From Malacoraja senta (taxonomy: Eukaryota): 64,000 nucleotides of DNA. The first letter of the stretch is position 1; every line of letters begins with the position of its first letter. Positions 1 through 11,777 of the stretch are shown in pieces. The stretch covers positions 20,338,001-20,402,000 of the forward strand of contig CM075988.1 in NCBI GenBank assembly GCA_038087875.1, given 5' to 3'. The notes under the pieces were generated by a model, which was given only the letters and a program-made list of their open reading frames with translations, was not told the DNA's origin and did not search any database. Position numbers and translations under genes: made by a program.

Positions 1-425
1 TTTGGTGGTTCAGCATTTGGAGCAACGTGTGCAGTTCTGGTCACCTCATTACAGGAAGGACGCGGAGGTTTTGGAGAGAATGCAGAAGAGGTTTCTCAGA
101 ATATTGCCTGAATTGCAGAGTATTAGCTACAAGGAGATGTTAGACAAACTCGACTTGTTTTTTCTGGAAAGGAGACGATGGAAGTTTATAAAATTACGAG
201 AGGCACAAATAGGGTAGACAATCAAACTTTTTCCCAGAATAAAAATATCAAAGACTAGAGGGCATAGCTTTTGGGTCAGAGGGGGCAAAGTTTAAAGGAG
301 ATGTGCAGGGCCATTTTAAAAAATATATATATCCAGAGGGTACCTGGAACGCGCTGCTGGGTTGGTGGAGGTAGATAGGATAGTGGTGTTTTTTGTTAGG
401 AGGCTTTTGGATAAGCATGTTTCCT
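1..425 (+). mobile_element. CR1-clade (HER1-like) LINE 3' fragment
   Basis: ORF 2..217 reads VQFWSPHYRKDAEVLERMQKRFLRILPEL, the typical CR1 ORF2 C-terminus; it is followed by the TRGHS-type motif (actagagggcatagc). Confidence 0.85.
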
Positions 426-590
426 GGTAGTTAATACCCTGCAATCCAGGCAGTATTCTGGCAAACATCTTCTGCATTCTCTCCAAAACCTCCACATCCT
501 GCAATGAGTCAACCAGAACTGCACACTCTAGTCCAAATACAGCCCAACCAAAGTGTTATAGAGCTGTATCACAACTTTAATGTTCCTGCA
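426..590 (-). mobile_element. CR1 LINE fragment, inverted relative to the preceding copy
   Basis: ORF 316..504 minus reads QDVEVLERMQKMFARILPGLQGINYQE. Confidence 0.75.
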
Positions 591-1257
591 AATATCAGGT
601 TCGTAAACCAACCACACATCCCTAATCCTAACACTACGGCCCACCTCTTGAACAGCTATGAACCTTTTTTTCTATTTACATTTTTATACTAATTTCTTAT
701 TTTTGGACCGACTTTCTTTTAGACGTTCATGTGTAACGTGTGTATCATTTGTTTTTTGTGTTTGTCTGTGTGCCTGTGATGCTGCTGAAAGCAAGAATTT
801 CATTGTACCTGTCCCTCTGCACTTGTGCACATGGCCATGAACTTGAGGTGGACCTTTGGGACCCAGTCCTGACAGTAATGGATAGCCAGCAGGTCCTTAG
901 AGGCCTACTGTCCACCTGCAGTGTGCTCTAGACTTCACCTGTGGAACATGATGGAGATCACATCTGACCTCTGAGTTGGGGTTGAGCTCAGAGTTGGAAC
1001 AATCAGCAAGGCTCCAATCAACCGCGCCGACAGATCACATTGTTGCTATCGTACTGCCTCTGGCAGCTTGCAACAGAACCAGCCCATCTCACAGATCAGA
1101 CTCTCATCACTGACTACTCTGGGAAAGCAGCCAACCTAATCAAGGACCTTTTCCACCATGGCCTCATCTCCTTGCTGACCTTGGGCAGAAGATACAAAAG
1201 CTGGTAAACGCACACCAGCTGACTTTTGGCACTTTGGCCTTCATCAAGGCTTTTGGC

Positions 1258-1460
1258 AGGAGGATGAGGGGAGATCTTATAGAGGTGTACAAAATCATGA
1301 GAGGAATAGATCGGGTAGATGCATAGTCTTTTGTCCAAAGTAGGGGAATTGAGGACCAGAGGACATAGGTTCAAGGTGAGGGGGAAATAATTTAATAAGA
1401 ATGTGAGGGGTAACTTTTTCACACAAAGGGTGGTAGGTGTATAAAACATGCTGCCAGTTT
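1258..1460 (+). mobile_element. CR1 LINE fragment
   Basis: aggaggatgaggggagatcttatagaggtgtacaaaatcatgagagg encodes RRMRGDLIEVYKIMRG. Confidence 0.85.
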
Positions 1461-1521
1461 CCACACTATCACTCTGACTCTATGACTCTGGAACAGCTTC
1501 TTTCCCTCTTATCAGACTACA

Positions 1522-1815
1522 GTTTTTAGTTTAGTTTTAGAGATACAGCGCGGAAACAGATCGTTCGGCCCACCGAGTCAGCTTCGACCAGCGGTCCCTG
1601 CACATTCAGAATATCCGACACAGAGACACAGAGACACTTTTACAAAGCCAAGTAACAAATCTATACGTCTTTGGAGTGTGGGAGGAAACCAGAGCACCCA
1701 GAGAAAACCCACACGTTCACGGGGAGAACGTACAAACTCCATACAGAAAGCACCCATAGTCAAGATCGAACCCGGGTCTCAGGCGCTGTAAGACTAATCC
1801 TACTGCTGTGCCGCC
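1522..1815 (-). mobile_element. HE1-type tRNA-derived V-SINE
   Basis: Reverse complement shows the B-box (ggttcgatc), V-domain (ctccccgtg...ggtttcctcccacactccaaagacg), CR1-like tail (ggtgggccgaa...tgtttccgcgctgtatctc) and (TAAAC)n end. Confidence 0.85.
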
Positions 1816-2404
1816 TAAATTTTCTGTATTTTTTTACTCTGCAAGCTTAGTCAGATAATTGACTCCAGAAACTCTCTTCACCTGTCAGATACAAAGGGCA
1901 AGAACCATGTTTAAAATCTGAGTCAACAGGACATTAATGTTATAACAGGTGTTTATATGTACTGTGCCTCCACATATGCTCCACAAGGACGATGCATTTA
2001 ATTCCATCTTTTCCCATTTACCCCAACACTTTATCATTCCCTTCCATTTTACCACACTCCCATTTTTTATCCATTGATGTGTTCCTGTGAGTTAGGGAAT
2101 CCCTTTTTTGCTTGTAGCTACAGATAAGCTAATCATTCATTATTTGCTATGTTATTCCTGGATTGAATACAATAAACAATTCCCGTGTTCTAAAAAAAAA
2201 ATCTTTCCCTGCCTCAATCTTATTCTGTCAAAACCTTTCCATTTATCAATAAATAATAATTTTTGGCTGGGGTTTGCATTCATAAGGTTTGACTTTAACT
2301 TCCTAGTCTGGAGTACCAGAGAACTACCTCTGCACCTTCCAAACCAAATGCACAAGTGTTACAGTAAACTAAATATGGTTAAACAAGTAACTAGTTTAAC
2401 TAGT

Positions 2405-2700
2405 AGGGTGGATCAGTGGTAGAGTTGCTGCCTTACAGTGCCAGAGACCCAGGTTCGATCCTGACTATGGGTACTGTTTGTATGGTGTTTGTACGTTCTC
2501 TCTGTGGCCGTGTAGATTTTCTCCATGTGCCCCAGTTTCATCCCACATTCTAAAGAGGTGCAGATTTGTACGTCAATTAGCCTGTAAATTGTCCTTGGTA
2601 CATTAGATGGAACTAGTGTATGTATGATTGTTGGTTGGTGTGGACTCGGTGGGCCGAAGGGCCTGTTTCCATGCTGTATCTCTGTACTAAAATCGAAACT
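2405..2700 (+). mobile_element. HE1-type V-SINE
   Basis: gtagagttgctgccttacagtgccagagacccaggttcgatcctgac head; ggactcggtgggccgaagggcctgtttcc tail. Confidence 0.85.
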
Positions 2701-4801
2701 ATTAAACTGGAAACTACTGTTTGTGCTAGTTTAAGAACTGAAGTTTTGTGACAGTAGATAGTTTGTACACAATGCCAGGATTTCTTGTCTCCCTAAGTGA
2801 GTGACTTGCATAGAGTTTGTTTTTTGCCGAATCAGATGTCTGCAATGACTTGGCTTAACCTGTGAATAACCCATTTGGGATTAGAGGGGCCAAAGTGCCT
2901 ATGATTAGCAGACTGTCTGAGTTGAATTTTGCTCTCAGTAAGAACCAGAGGACACAGTGGGAGAATGTTATTAAGCTTAAGAAGTCTGAGGACAACCACA
3001 AGTTGTCTGAAAGAATTGGTTTCATGGATATAGCAACCATCGATCCAAGGTTGTGATTACTGAACTCCCAGGCAACCATCCCGCTTCCACCTCAATGCAT
3101 TTTGAAGTTGACAATATAATTGGAGTTTTAAAAAGTCACCAAGGCTAGGCTCTGGTTTGTCAGTCCTGGACCCAACCCACAGAGAACATGCATATCCAGC
3201 ATGAATGTTGCGGTTGCTGGGAAGAAAATGCCCCTTCATCTCCACAGGGGATGGTAGACCAGCGAGAGACAGCAGGGCCGAGAAAGGGAATTTGCTTTCA
3301 GACTGAAAGATTCTGTATTTTGCTACTTAAAAGCTAAAATACCAAGAAGCAATAATACGGAAAATGTTCTGGCTCTTGGAGAGCAAAGGACCCCAGCAAC
3401 CGATGTGTGAAAGAAAGCAAATAGATTTCTGTGAGATGCCTGCTATTTGTGGCTTCCGGTCGTCATATAAGCCCTAACGCTAAACCTTTCCTGTTATCAG
3501 GGTAGACATTTGGTTCTGCAGAAAGTAATAAGTACACGAATTTTGAGGAATTAAATTGAAAAGGGAAATGTGCCTTTTTGATGCAATTTTGCAATCATCT
3601 TTGCAAATGCAACACTAAATTTCACTTTAATCATTCTGTTGTGAATTTATGGAAGATTCGGAGGAAATAAATATTCAGGGTTTGTTGTGATAAAATTATA
3701 ATAACACGAAAGCTGAAGATAACTTGATTTATTAAAGGAAGCCGTGGCCAGAAAATAACTTGGTTAGTAAGGTGCCAGGGTGGAAAATTTCCAGAGACAA
3801 ATATTGCAGAGACAGTAGTCATAAACAGAACAAAATACAGAGGTTCAATAAAACTCCATCCATAAATCATGTTAAGTATGGTTGAAGGTATCTGACCAGC
3901 AATAGATTACACAAAGGATTGCATCTGCAGGTGCTGTTTGTGAGATTAGTGGGAGGAAAAGGATAAAATCCATACGTTTAACCTATAGTAGCCATGAGGA
4001 TTTTGCAAGTCGGAGAGTTTGGAGAAAGAGTCAATAACTAAAAGGAGAAGGAAAACATCACTGCTTCAGGAATGTGTGGGAACGTTTGGCAGAATTGGTG
4101 TCTATCTGACATGCTAAGGAAGGATTCCGTTCTGCTAACTTTGAGGAGGGAAGGAACGTTGGAAGAGAAACTGTTTTGCATTTTGAGGCCTTGAATCTGT
4201 CAACGCGGCACTATTGCTTGTTGAAGTTAACAGAAGCAGATACTGGATTGTGCTTGTTAATGGGGTGGAATTCAGTGAGTTTCAGGTGCGCTGGCAATGG
4301 TCAATAAAGGATGAACGCTGCGTGGCTGTTTAATGGCGCACAAATGCACCCAGCACTTGTTGACAGCACAGCTAACAGTACGAATGTTGTGCACTGCCAG
4401 CTTTCCAATGGAAGGCATGCTCATGTGTTGATGATTAATGTCTCCTGCCTGTAAGTTGCATGTTGATGTGGTGTCATCTATGAACATCTATTCCCAAATG
4501 GTTGCAGATACAGTCTGTGCTCGGTATAGACAGCTTTGTGGTTCATCAATCATTGAACATATTCAAGGCTGAATAGAGAAGTTAGTCAACCGGACAGCTG
4601 ATGGTTAGATGGATCTGGTGGGCAAGAGGAGTTGATTGCAAGATACGATAAGACATAATCCATTCGACGTGATGCTATTAGACATGGGGTGGCACATTTA
4701 CTGAGCTGCAATGAAAAATTTTGTTTGCATGATATCCAGTCAAGAAAAGGCCGTACATGATTACAATCAAGCTGTCCATAGTGTATAGATAAAGGTACAT
4801 C

Positions 4802-5128
4802 ATTTGCCCTTCGAGGTTGGCTGCAGAGGTTTTGCATGGTAATCGCTCTACAAAGCCTTGAGTGCACTGGGCATCAACGGAATGGAGAGGAGAAGAGCCA
4901 TCAAGAAGACCACAGAGGCAGCGGAGAAAGCCTTGAGATGGCTCTGGATCAGGAGAGAAGGTCCATGGGAAGGAGTGAATGCCACCTGAACACAAGTCAT
5001 GGTCTGATTAACCACTGCTGGGTCGCCTGGGAGAGGGTGTCTGATGTTGAAAGACCCGAAACGCCCAATGACCCCCAGGTTACATCACTGATGTGTTCAG
5101 GAGAATCAAGAGATGTATTTTATCAATC
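4802..5128 (+). mobile_element. HERO-like (restriction-like endonuclease) non-LTR retrotransposon 3' fragment
   Basis: Frame starting at 4804 reads LPFEVGCRGFAW*SLYKALSALGINGMERRRAIKKTTEAAEKALRWLWIRREGPWEGVNAT* (stop 4987-4989, premature TAA 4840-4842). EVGCRGF and AEKA.RWLW resemble the HERO-clade C-terminus. It is inserted into an older minus-strand Rex1-type tail (about 4690-4800 and 5129-5295). Confidence 0.75.
5020..5098 (+). ncRNA. Candidate non-circularly permuted hammerhead ribozyme in the HERO-like 3' UTR (degenerate copy)
   Basis: Stem III GGGTGT 5035-5040 / ACGCCC 5061-5066, with GUC at 5039-5041 and GAAA at 5058-5061. Stem I TGATGT 5042-5047 / ACATCA 5082-5087, directly followed by CTGATG 5088-5093. 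Additional stems GGGTC 5020-5024 / GACCC 5053-5057 and CCTGGG 5026-5031 / CCCAGG 5074-5079. Confidence 0.6.
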
Positions 5129-5566
5129 AGTCCACGATAAAGTCTGATTAAAGATAGTTCAAGGACTCCAAAAAAAATCGATGGGAGATCAGGATCACTC
5201 TCTAGCTAATGAGGACTTCCCAGTTGCCTGATAACAGCTGGGAAGAAATTGTCCCTGAATCTGGAGGTATGCATTTTTCAACTTCTGTATCTCCTTGCTT
5301 AATCAATAATGTCACAGCCTATCTTAGAGTAACCCTTCAGATTCCCCCTGATGCAATGAACTGCTGACTAATTCTAGTTAAGTGACAGGTACAGGCAGCT
5401 CTGTGATAACACCGTTTTCCACAGCACTAATTAGATACAACACGAGTGATGAATTAGGAAACACCTTTGTAATCGAGTGATAGCGCAACGGGAGGATCTC
5501 ACATGAAGCACTCTGTTTGCACAGCACTCAATGTAAAGATGCAGCAAGTAAAAATTTAATGTCTTC

Positions 5567-5693
5567 AAGTCTGATGAAGGGTTTCGCCCCGAAGCTTCAT
5601 CTGTTCCTTTTCTCCAGAAATGCTGCCTGAACCGCTGAGTTTCTATTTGTGTCTATCTTCGGTGTAAAACAGCATCTGCAGTTCCCTCTTACA
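5567..5693 (+). mobile_element. Penelope-like pseudo-LTR fragment
   Basis: gtctgatgaagggtttcgccccgaagc...gctgcctgaaccgctgagt...cagcatctgcagttcc; the same repeat follows GIY-YIG fragments elsewhere in the window. Confidence 0.7.
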
Positions 5694-5759
5694 CAAGTAA
5701 AATTTTAATTGTTTAATTTCCGGTGCATATGACAACTAAACACCATTGACTTTGTATGA

Positions 5760-6025
5760 ACGGAGGTCCGCTGGACTGGAGGGCGGCATCTTCGGCCTGG
5801 ATCGATCGCCTCAGCGCAGAGGGAGAACAAGGAGGGAAGAGACGGAGACTAAGACTTTGCCTCCATCACAGTGAGGGTGTGCTTGGTGAACTCACTGTGG
5901 TGGATGTTTAATTTGTGTTTATTGTATGTTTTGTTATTATTGGTTCTGTGTATGACTGCAGGCATCACAATTTCGTTCAGACCGAAAGGGCTGAATGACA
6001 ATAAAGGAAACTTGACTTGACTTGA
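5760..6025 (+). mobile_element. Non-coding short retroelement with a Rex1-type 3' tail
   Basis: GC/CpG-rich head with no recognisable RT coding; ends tttcgttcagaccgaaagggctgaatgacaataaa followed by (CTTGA)3, the same tail architecture as the Rex1 copies. Confidence 0.55.
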
Positions 6026-6714
6026 TGAGGTTCCGGTCTTCTTGTATCTGCAGATGTTTGCTTGTGCTTTTATTTTGTGATGGTATAGTGTACCGACATC
6101 TCTAAAATATTAAAAGCTAAATTGATGTACAGCAGCCAATAAACTCTAGTGTGAGTACTGCTCCTTTTTGTTGACCAAAACAGCACTGGAATTTGTCCAT
6201 CACCCAATAACATGTGGCACATATAAGAATTGGATCTAATGATTGATCAGCCTTCGGGGTTTTATGGGGCAGGAATTTTGAGCGTTTTTTAGTTGCTCCT
6301 TGCCCAATGAGGTCAACTGCAGACTTGATCCCATTTTGACCAACCAAGTGGTTCCTGTTTTATTTCGAACTCAATAAATCATTCTTGTTTGGCCGACACA
6401 TTATGCTGATTACAGACAAGGTTAAATTGGGCATAGAAGAGTTGATCGAAAGCAACAGGTGACCCTGCGCTGAAGTGTGACTCTTCAACACATAAACACC
6501 CTTTAATCTGCTCAACAGCTCTCAGTCTAAAGTTAAGTCATCGTTGGTTTTGTCATTGAGATGTTTGGAGATTCTTCACCATCTGTACGTGACATTAATC
6601 TCATTGTTTCTCTGTCTTTTGTTCCTCAACTCCCCAGTTCCCAATAAAGACATGGGCATGTACATGAACAGGAAAGATTTAGATGGATATAGTCAAATGT
6701 GGGCAGATGGGGCT

Positions 6715-7012
6715 AGCAGGTGGCACAGTGGTAGAGTTGCTGCCTTAAACCCCAGAGATCACGGTGGTGTGGGGGGGGGGGGGGGGGGGGGGGTTGCTGT
6801 CTGAAATGAGTTTTCATGTTTTCTCTGTGACCATGTAGGTTTTCTCCGGGTATTCCGGTTTCCTCCCACATTCCATGGACGTGCAGGCTTGGAGGTTAAT
6901 TGGCTTCTGCAAATTGCCCCTGGTGTGTAGGACAGAACTAGTGTACGGTTGATCGCTGGTCCGTGTGGACTCGGTGAACCGAAGGGCCTATTTCCACAAT
7001 GTACCTCTAAAA
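6715..7012 (+). mobile_element. HE1-type V-SINE with a poly-G run in place of the B-box region
   Basis: ggtggcacagtggtagagttgctgcctt head, G run at about 6770-6793, then V-domain and CR1-like tail. Confidence 0.8.
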
Positions 7013-8014
7013 TCGAAAGATGGGGCAATTTAGTTGGCGTGGACGGGTTAGGCCGAGGGGCTTGTTTCAATGCTGCATGTTGTGGGTACTTCATGTACCT
7101 GCAGAACTGAATTATAAATGTTCTTCTCTGCCTCAACCACCACCTCTGGTAGCTCGTTCCATATACCTACCATCCTCTGAGTGGAAAACGTTGCTCCTAT
7201 GGTTCCCCTTAAATCTCCCCATTTGCATCCAAAAATAGTTTAAGGCTTCTTGAAAGTGAAGCTCACTCCCTGTTGGCTCCATCTTCATTCTGCCCAACTT
7301 ACTGCTTCACCGTCGGTCATTGGAGATAGTTTCCTGACCCTGCACGTCTTCACATGGGCAACCAATGTGGATTTAAAATACTCATGGTGGGGGGAGCACC
7401 GTGGATTGAAGTGTGAAGATGAAATGGCACCGCTCTGCCTGTCTGAGGGCGAGTTGCCTAGACTTCTCATCAACACCCTTATTTTTGGCATCTCACCCTC
7501 TTTATAGAAAACCATAGCTGCTAATTATAATGCGCAGGATGACTCGTGATGTAGTCTACGGGCAGCATGATCAAGTAACATGGAAAAAGTTGGAACCCAA
7601 TGCAATGAATGTCCCTTGAAATGTTTAAGCAAATTGCTGGCACGTTTCACTCGGGTCCCTCATCCATAGATGAGTAAATCCAGTGAGAGGTGGCAGATGA
7701 CATGTCTTAGTTGCACTAAGAACTTTGGGCTTTCTGCATTAATATTGGGGTTTTAAATTGATTGTGTTTCGTTTATTATGTTATCAGTGATTTCTGTTTA
7801 CAGGCCTGCTATGCTACTGCAAGTAAGAATTTCATTTTCCACTCTGTATATGTGACAATTAAACAAATGATTAATTTCCATCACGAACTGCACCCAGAGG
7901 TTGTCCAACATTTTTGTGGAGATGAGACTGAAACTGACAACATTTGTTTCCAAACTGTGGGGGAACCATTAACATTGGGAATGCTCCATTTGGTTTGAAA
8001 TGAAAAAATTATGC

Positions 8015-8275
8015 AACAGTGGCACAGCGATAGAGCCGCTACCTTACAGCTCCAGAGACCCGGGTTCGATCCTGACTATGGGTGCTGCCTGTTTGGAGTT
8101 TGTGCATTCTCCCTGTGACCATGTGGGGTTCCTCTGGATGTTCTGGTACCCTCCAACATTCCAAAGACATGGAGGTTTGTAGGTTAATTGGCTTCTGTAA
8201 ATTGTCCTTAGAGTCTAGTTTAGGATTATCATTGGTCAGCGTGGACGAGGGCCTGTTTCCATGCTATACAATAAA
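8015..8275 (+). mobile_element. HE1-type V-SINE
   Basis: gtggcacagcgatagagccgctaccttacagctccagagacccgggttcgatcctgac head plus V-domain. Confidence 0.85.
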
Positions 8276-8404
8276 CCCTCGTTTTAACAAACTGCTTTAT
8301 AATTGATTTTGGTTGGAGTAGACAGACTTGCCGACCCACCCTGATTTGCACAGTCTCCCCGGCCGCTTACAGCCCCGGCTTCAAACGCCAGCCCCAGCAC
8401 GCAA

Positions 8405-8806
8405 GGTGCACCAGCAAATCCTTCACCCACCACATGGTCTTTTGACACTGCTGTTGGTGCGGAGCATGTTGTAGCCTTTGGGGACAGCACTTTCTTCAGG
8501 TCACTGCCACTGACGGGATGTGCTCGGACACTGTAGTGCTCTCCCCCCTCTCACCAGCTGCCGCTTATTTTATATAAATGTCAAGGGGGGGTTATTGAAT
8601 GGATCTTAATAAAGAGAGAAAGCGACAGTCGACAGGAAGAAACAGCAGGTGGTGAGAGGGGAGGGAGCCTCATGGTGACCGAACGCCTCCTGTCGGTGAC
8701 GACCGCCTGAATAAAGCGCTGCTGACCAGGGACTACAATGTGAGACGCAACAACAGCCACGTCAACGGACCATGCGGTAGCTGGTGATGAAGGGCTCACT
8801 GGTGCA
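8405..8806. repeat. Diverged long inverted repeat (two ~160-bp arms, ~75-bp spacer)
   Basis: Reverse complement of 8405-8565 (cggcagctggtgagagggg...cctgaagaaagtgctg...ctacaac...caacagc...gtcaaaagaccatgtggt...tgaagg...ctggtgca) aligns collinearly with 8641-8806 (cagcaggtggtgagagggg...cctgaataaagcgctg...ctacaat...caacagc...gtcaacggaccatgcggt...tgaagg...ctggtgca). Confidence 0.75.
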
Positions 8807-9602
8807 GACCAGCAGCATGGATGCCTAGTTTTGGGGTGAAACGACACAAAGTGCTGGCGTAACTGTGAATTCCCAGTGGGGGAGTAAAGAGTAGCAGGGG
8901 AGGGGGTTGAGGTTGAGTGAGAAAAGAGGGGATGGGAATTGTTGAAACTAGAATATTATTAATATATTTTTAGACAATTGGGAAACTAGTGTTCTGGGGA
9001 TACTGTGCAGGGCTCTTGGATACAGGCCAGAGTAAATGTGCTAAGGTGTGACAGATCCCATTTAAAATGACCTGTGAGGAATGGACTTGGGCACAGACTA
9101 GCTTCTACACTAAATCCGATGCTGATTCCAACCTCTGGCACTGCTTCCTAAGGCAGCATCTTGCACCCTCTGTTGGCCGGTCTTTATCATTGCATTTGGT
9201 TTTCCCCAGCAAGAGACTACCTTTGCTGAAATGCTTAAATTGAACATTAATATTCCCAGCTTTTATTTGTTTTCAAGTTTTATTTTGAAAGAGTATCAAT
9301 GTGAATCTATAAATAAAGATCTGATAATGCACTACACATGCCTGGATAGTATTTGTTCCCTCTACTGCCACCAGTTTGGAAAAGGGTCCCGATCAAAAAT
9401 GTCACCTATCCATGTTTTCCAGAGATGCTGCCTGATCCAGCACTTTGTCTGTTTTTGCTAACTGTTTATACTGTTTTCAGTAAAGAGCAGTTTGAAGAAT
9501 GTTTTCAAAATTTATCATTTTGTGAATATCATTGCAACATTCATCAGAATTTTGATTGCTATTAAACAGCTTTAGCTTACACTAAATTAGAAACCTTGAT
9601 TC

Positions 9603-9810
9603 AATAGACAATAGGTGCAGGAGTAGGCCATTCGGCCCTTCGAGCCAGCACCACCATTCAATGTGATCATGGCTGATCATCCCCAATCAGTACCCCGTTC
9701 CTGCCTTATCCTCATATCCCCTGACTGATATTTTTAAGAGCCCTATCTAGCCCTCTCTAGCATCCAGAGAACCCGTCTCCACCGCCCTCTGAGGCAGAGA
9801 ATTCCACAGA
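9603..9810 (-). mobile_element. CR1 LINE 3' end
   Basis: aatagacaataggtgcaggagtaggccattcggcccttcgagcc is the antisense CR1 3' tail; near-identical to 24177-24556 and 46700-47243. Confidence 0.85.
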
Positions 9811-10029
9811 CCTTAGATTGAAGAGATTCATAGCGGTAGAAACTACTTTGTCCTTTTGAAGACCATGATCAAAGACATGCAGATTTGTAGGTTAATTGGC
9901 TTCTATAAATTGTCCTTAAACTGTAGGATAGAACTGGTGTATGGGTCATCATTGGTCGGTGTGGGCCAAAGGGCCTATTTCCAAGTTGTATCATTAAACT
10001 AAAAAGTTTGAATTGACAACAATGCTTCT

Positions 10030-10370
10030 TCTTCGATGACCATCAACATGGGAACACCTCGTGGCTGTGTGCTCAGTCCCCTGCTCTATTCATTCTATAT
10101 CCATGCTTGTGTAACAAGACGCAGGTCCAAAGCCATCATTAAATTTGCTGACGATACCACTGTTGTTGGATGACTTACAGGTAAAACCAGGTAATGATGA
10201 GTCTGGGTACAAGAGGGAGATTAATAATCTGATCAAATGGTGACGGAACAATGACTTTGAATTCCTGGGGATGCACATTTCTGAAGATCTATCCTGGGCC
10301 CAGCACTTGATGCAATTACACATTGACATCCTTAGATTGAAGAGATTCAATATGTCACCAAGCAGTTCCA
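10030..10370 (+). mobile_element. Degraded Rex1/Babar-type LINE RT fragment
   Basis: ggctgtgtgctcagtcccctgctctattca encodes [10 protein letters not shown]; atcattaaatttgctgacgataccactgttgttgga encodes [12 protein letters not shown]. Confidence 0.75.
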
Positions 10371-11620
10371 TAGACAAAGTCCAATATCCTCAATAGGGTC
10401 GTGATGAAATGTACAGTACACCACCTTAGGGAAGGACTGATCAAAAGACTGGTAATAGTGGGGATGAAGCTGTTCCTGATGTTCTTTAACTTCAAACATT
10501 TCATTGGTCTCATTAAATGAATGCGATTAATAATATCGATTTTCAAATCGAGTCAGTTTGTCATTCCTCTGATGAAAGACAGACTTGGGCTAACTTCTGA
10601 AGAATGGCCAAGGGTTTGCTGCTTTATTATCTAATTTTGTCAATTGGGAAATTAACTTTAATGTTGTACATTCAATGGTAACACCAGACTCCTGAAACAG
10701 ACACTTTTTCTGAGTTTTTTTGTCAGAATTAATTTCCAGACGGACATAAGACAAACATTCAAACATGCTCTGAACGCCTAGAAATAAAATGCAACATCCC
10801 CTCTTGTTTGAGCCTTTCCCTCCATGAATGCAGCCTGACCCATTGAGCTCATCGAGCACTTTGTGTTTTCTCAAGATCCCAGCATCTGTAGTCTCTTGTC
10901 TCTCTTGCGTTATCTTTTCCCCCCTCCTGAGGCAGTCCCATGGGATGTAAGGTGGCTTGCTTCTACTGAGGTTTGTAAGTAATCGGTGCAGAATTGGGCC
11001 ATTCTGAGAGATGAGGTGACTGAGGCCGAGGTAGGAACTGCAGACTCCTCTGTGGTCGGGGAGCGAGATGGCAATTTGAAGTGCAGCGGTCCTTCCATTA
11101 CCTATGTTGGATATCTGTGTTCTCCTGAAGCCTGCACAATCTTGCACAACCTCAACCCCATTTCAGATGTTTTATGCTTATTGTAATTTAGGAAACAAAG
11201 CAGACAATGAATGCATACACTTCCACCAAAGCCATGCACTAATGATGAGATAATTAAGACAAGTCGATTATGTAGGCTTAAATGATTTTTACCGGATTAA
11301 GTCTTTTAGAAGAAGCGAATTCAATCATATAAGGGAGAGTTTTGTTTATGTAACGTGCAACACTCTTCAGACAACAGGGGGAGATGTTGTTACATTTTTA
11401 AATCCATGAACGTGTATAAAGCTGCATCCAAGAACAACGCCAGGGAGCAGTGTTGCCCAACTTTATTCCAAATGAGTCAAAGAGCCGAGAGTGTTTAAAT
11501 GCCGTATGCTTTGGGGCCGGTACAATGACGTTCTTGCTGCAGCTTAACAAGCCCGTTAACACACGCATAATACATTATCAAAACCTTCACGAAGTCAGCA
11601 TCCCAACTTTCTTTACAAAA

Positions 11621-11664
11621 TGAATGAATGAATGAATGAATGAATGAATGAATGAATGAATGAA
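11621..11664. repeat. (TGAA)11 microsatellite forming the Rex1 3' tail
   Basis: Perfect tetranucleotide run abutting the LINE 3' UTR. Confidence 0.95.
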
Positions 11665-11777
11665 AACTTTATTGTCATTCAGATATACACCTATACACAG
11701 TGCACCTAGAACGAAATTTCGTTGCATTTGACTCTCCAGTTTTTTTTTTTTTTAGAAGTGTCGATATTTAAAAAGTT

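Noticed and set aside
10565..10610. CTGATGA and CTGAAGA words as a hammerhead core (also CTGATGA at about 63728)
   Set aside because: No stem II followed by GAAA and no stem I or III pairing could be found.
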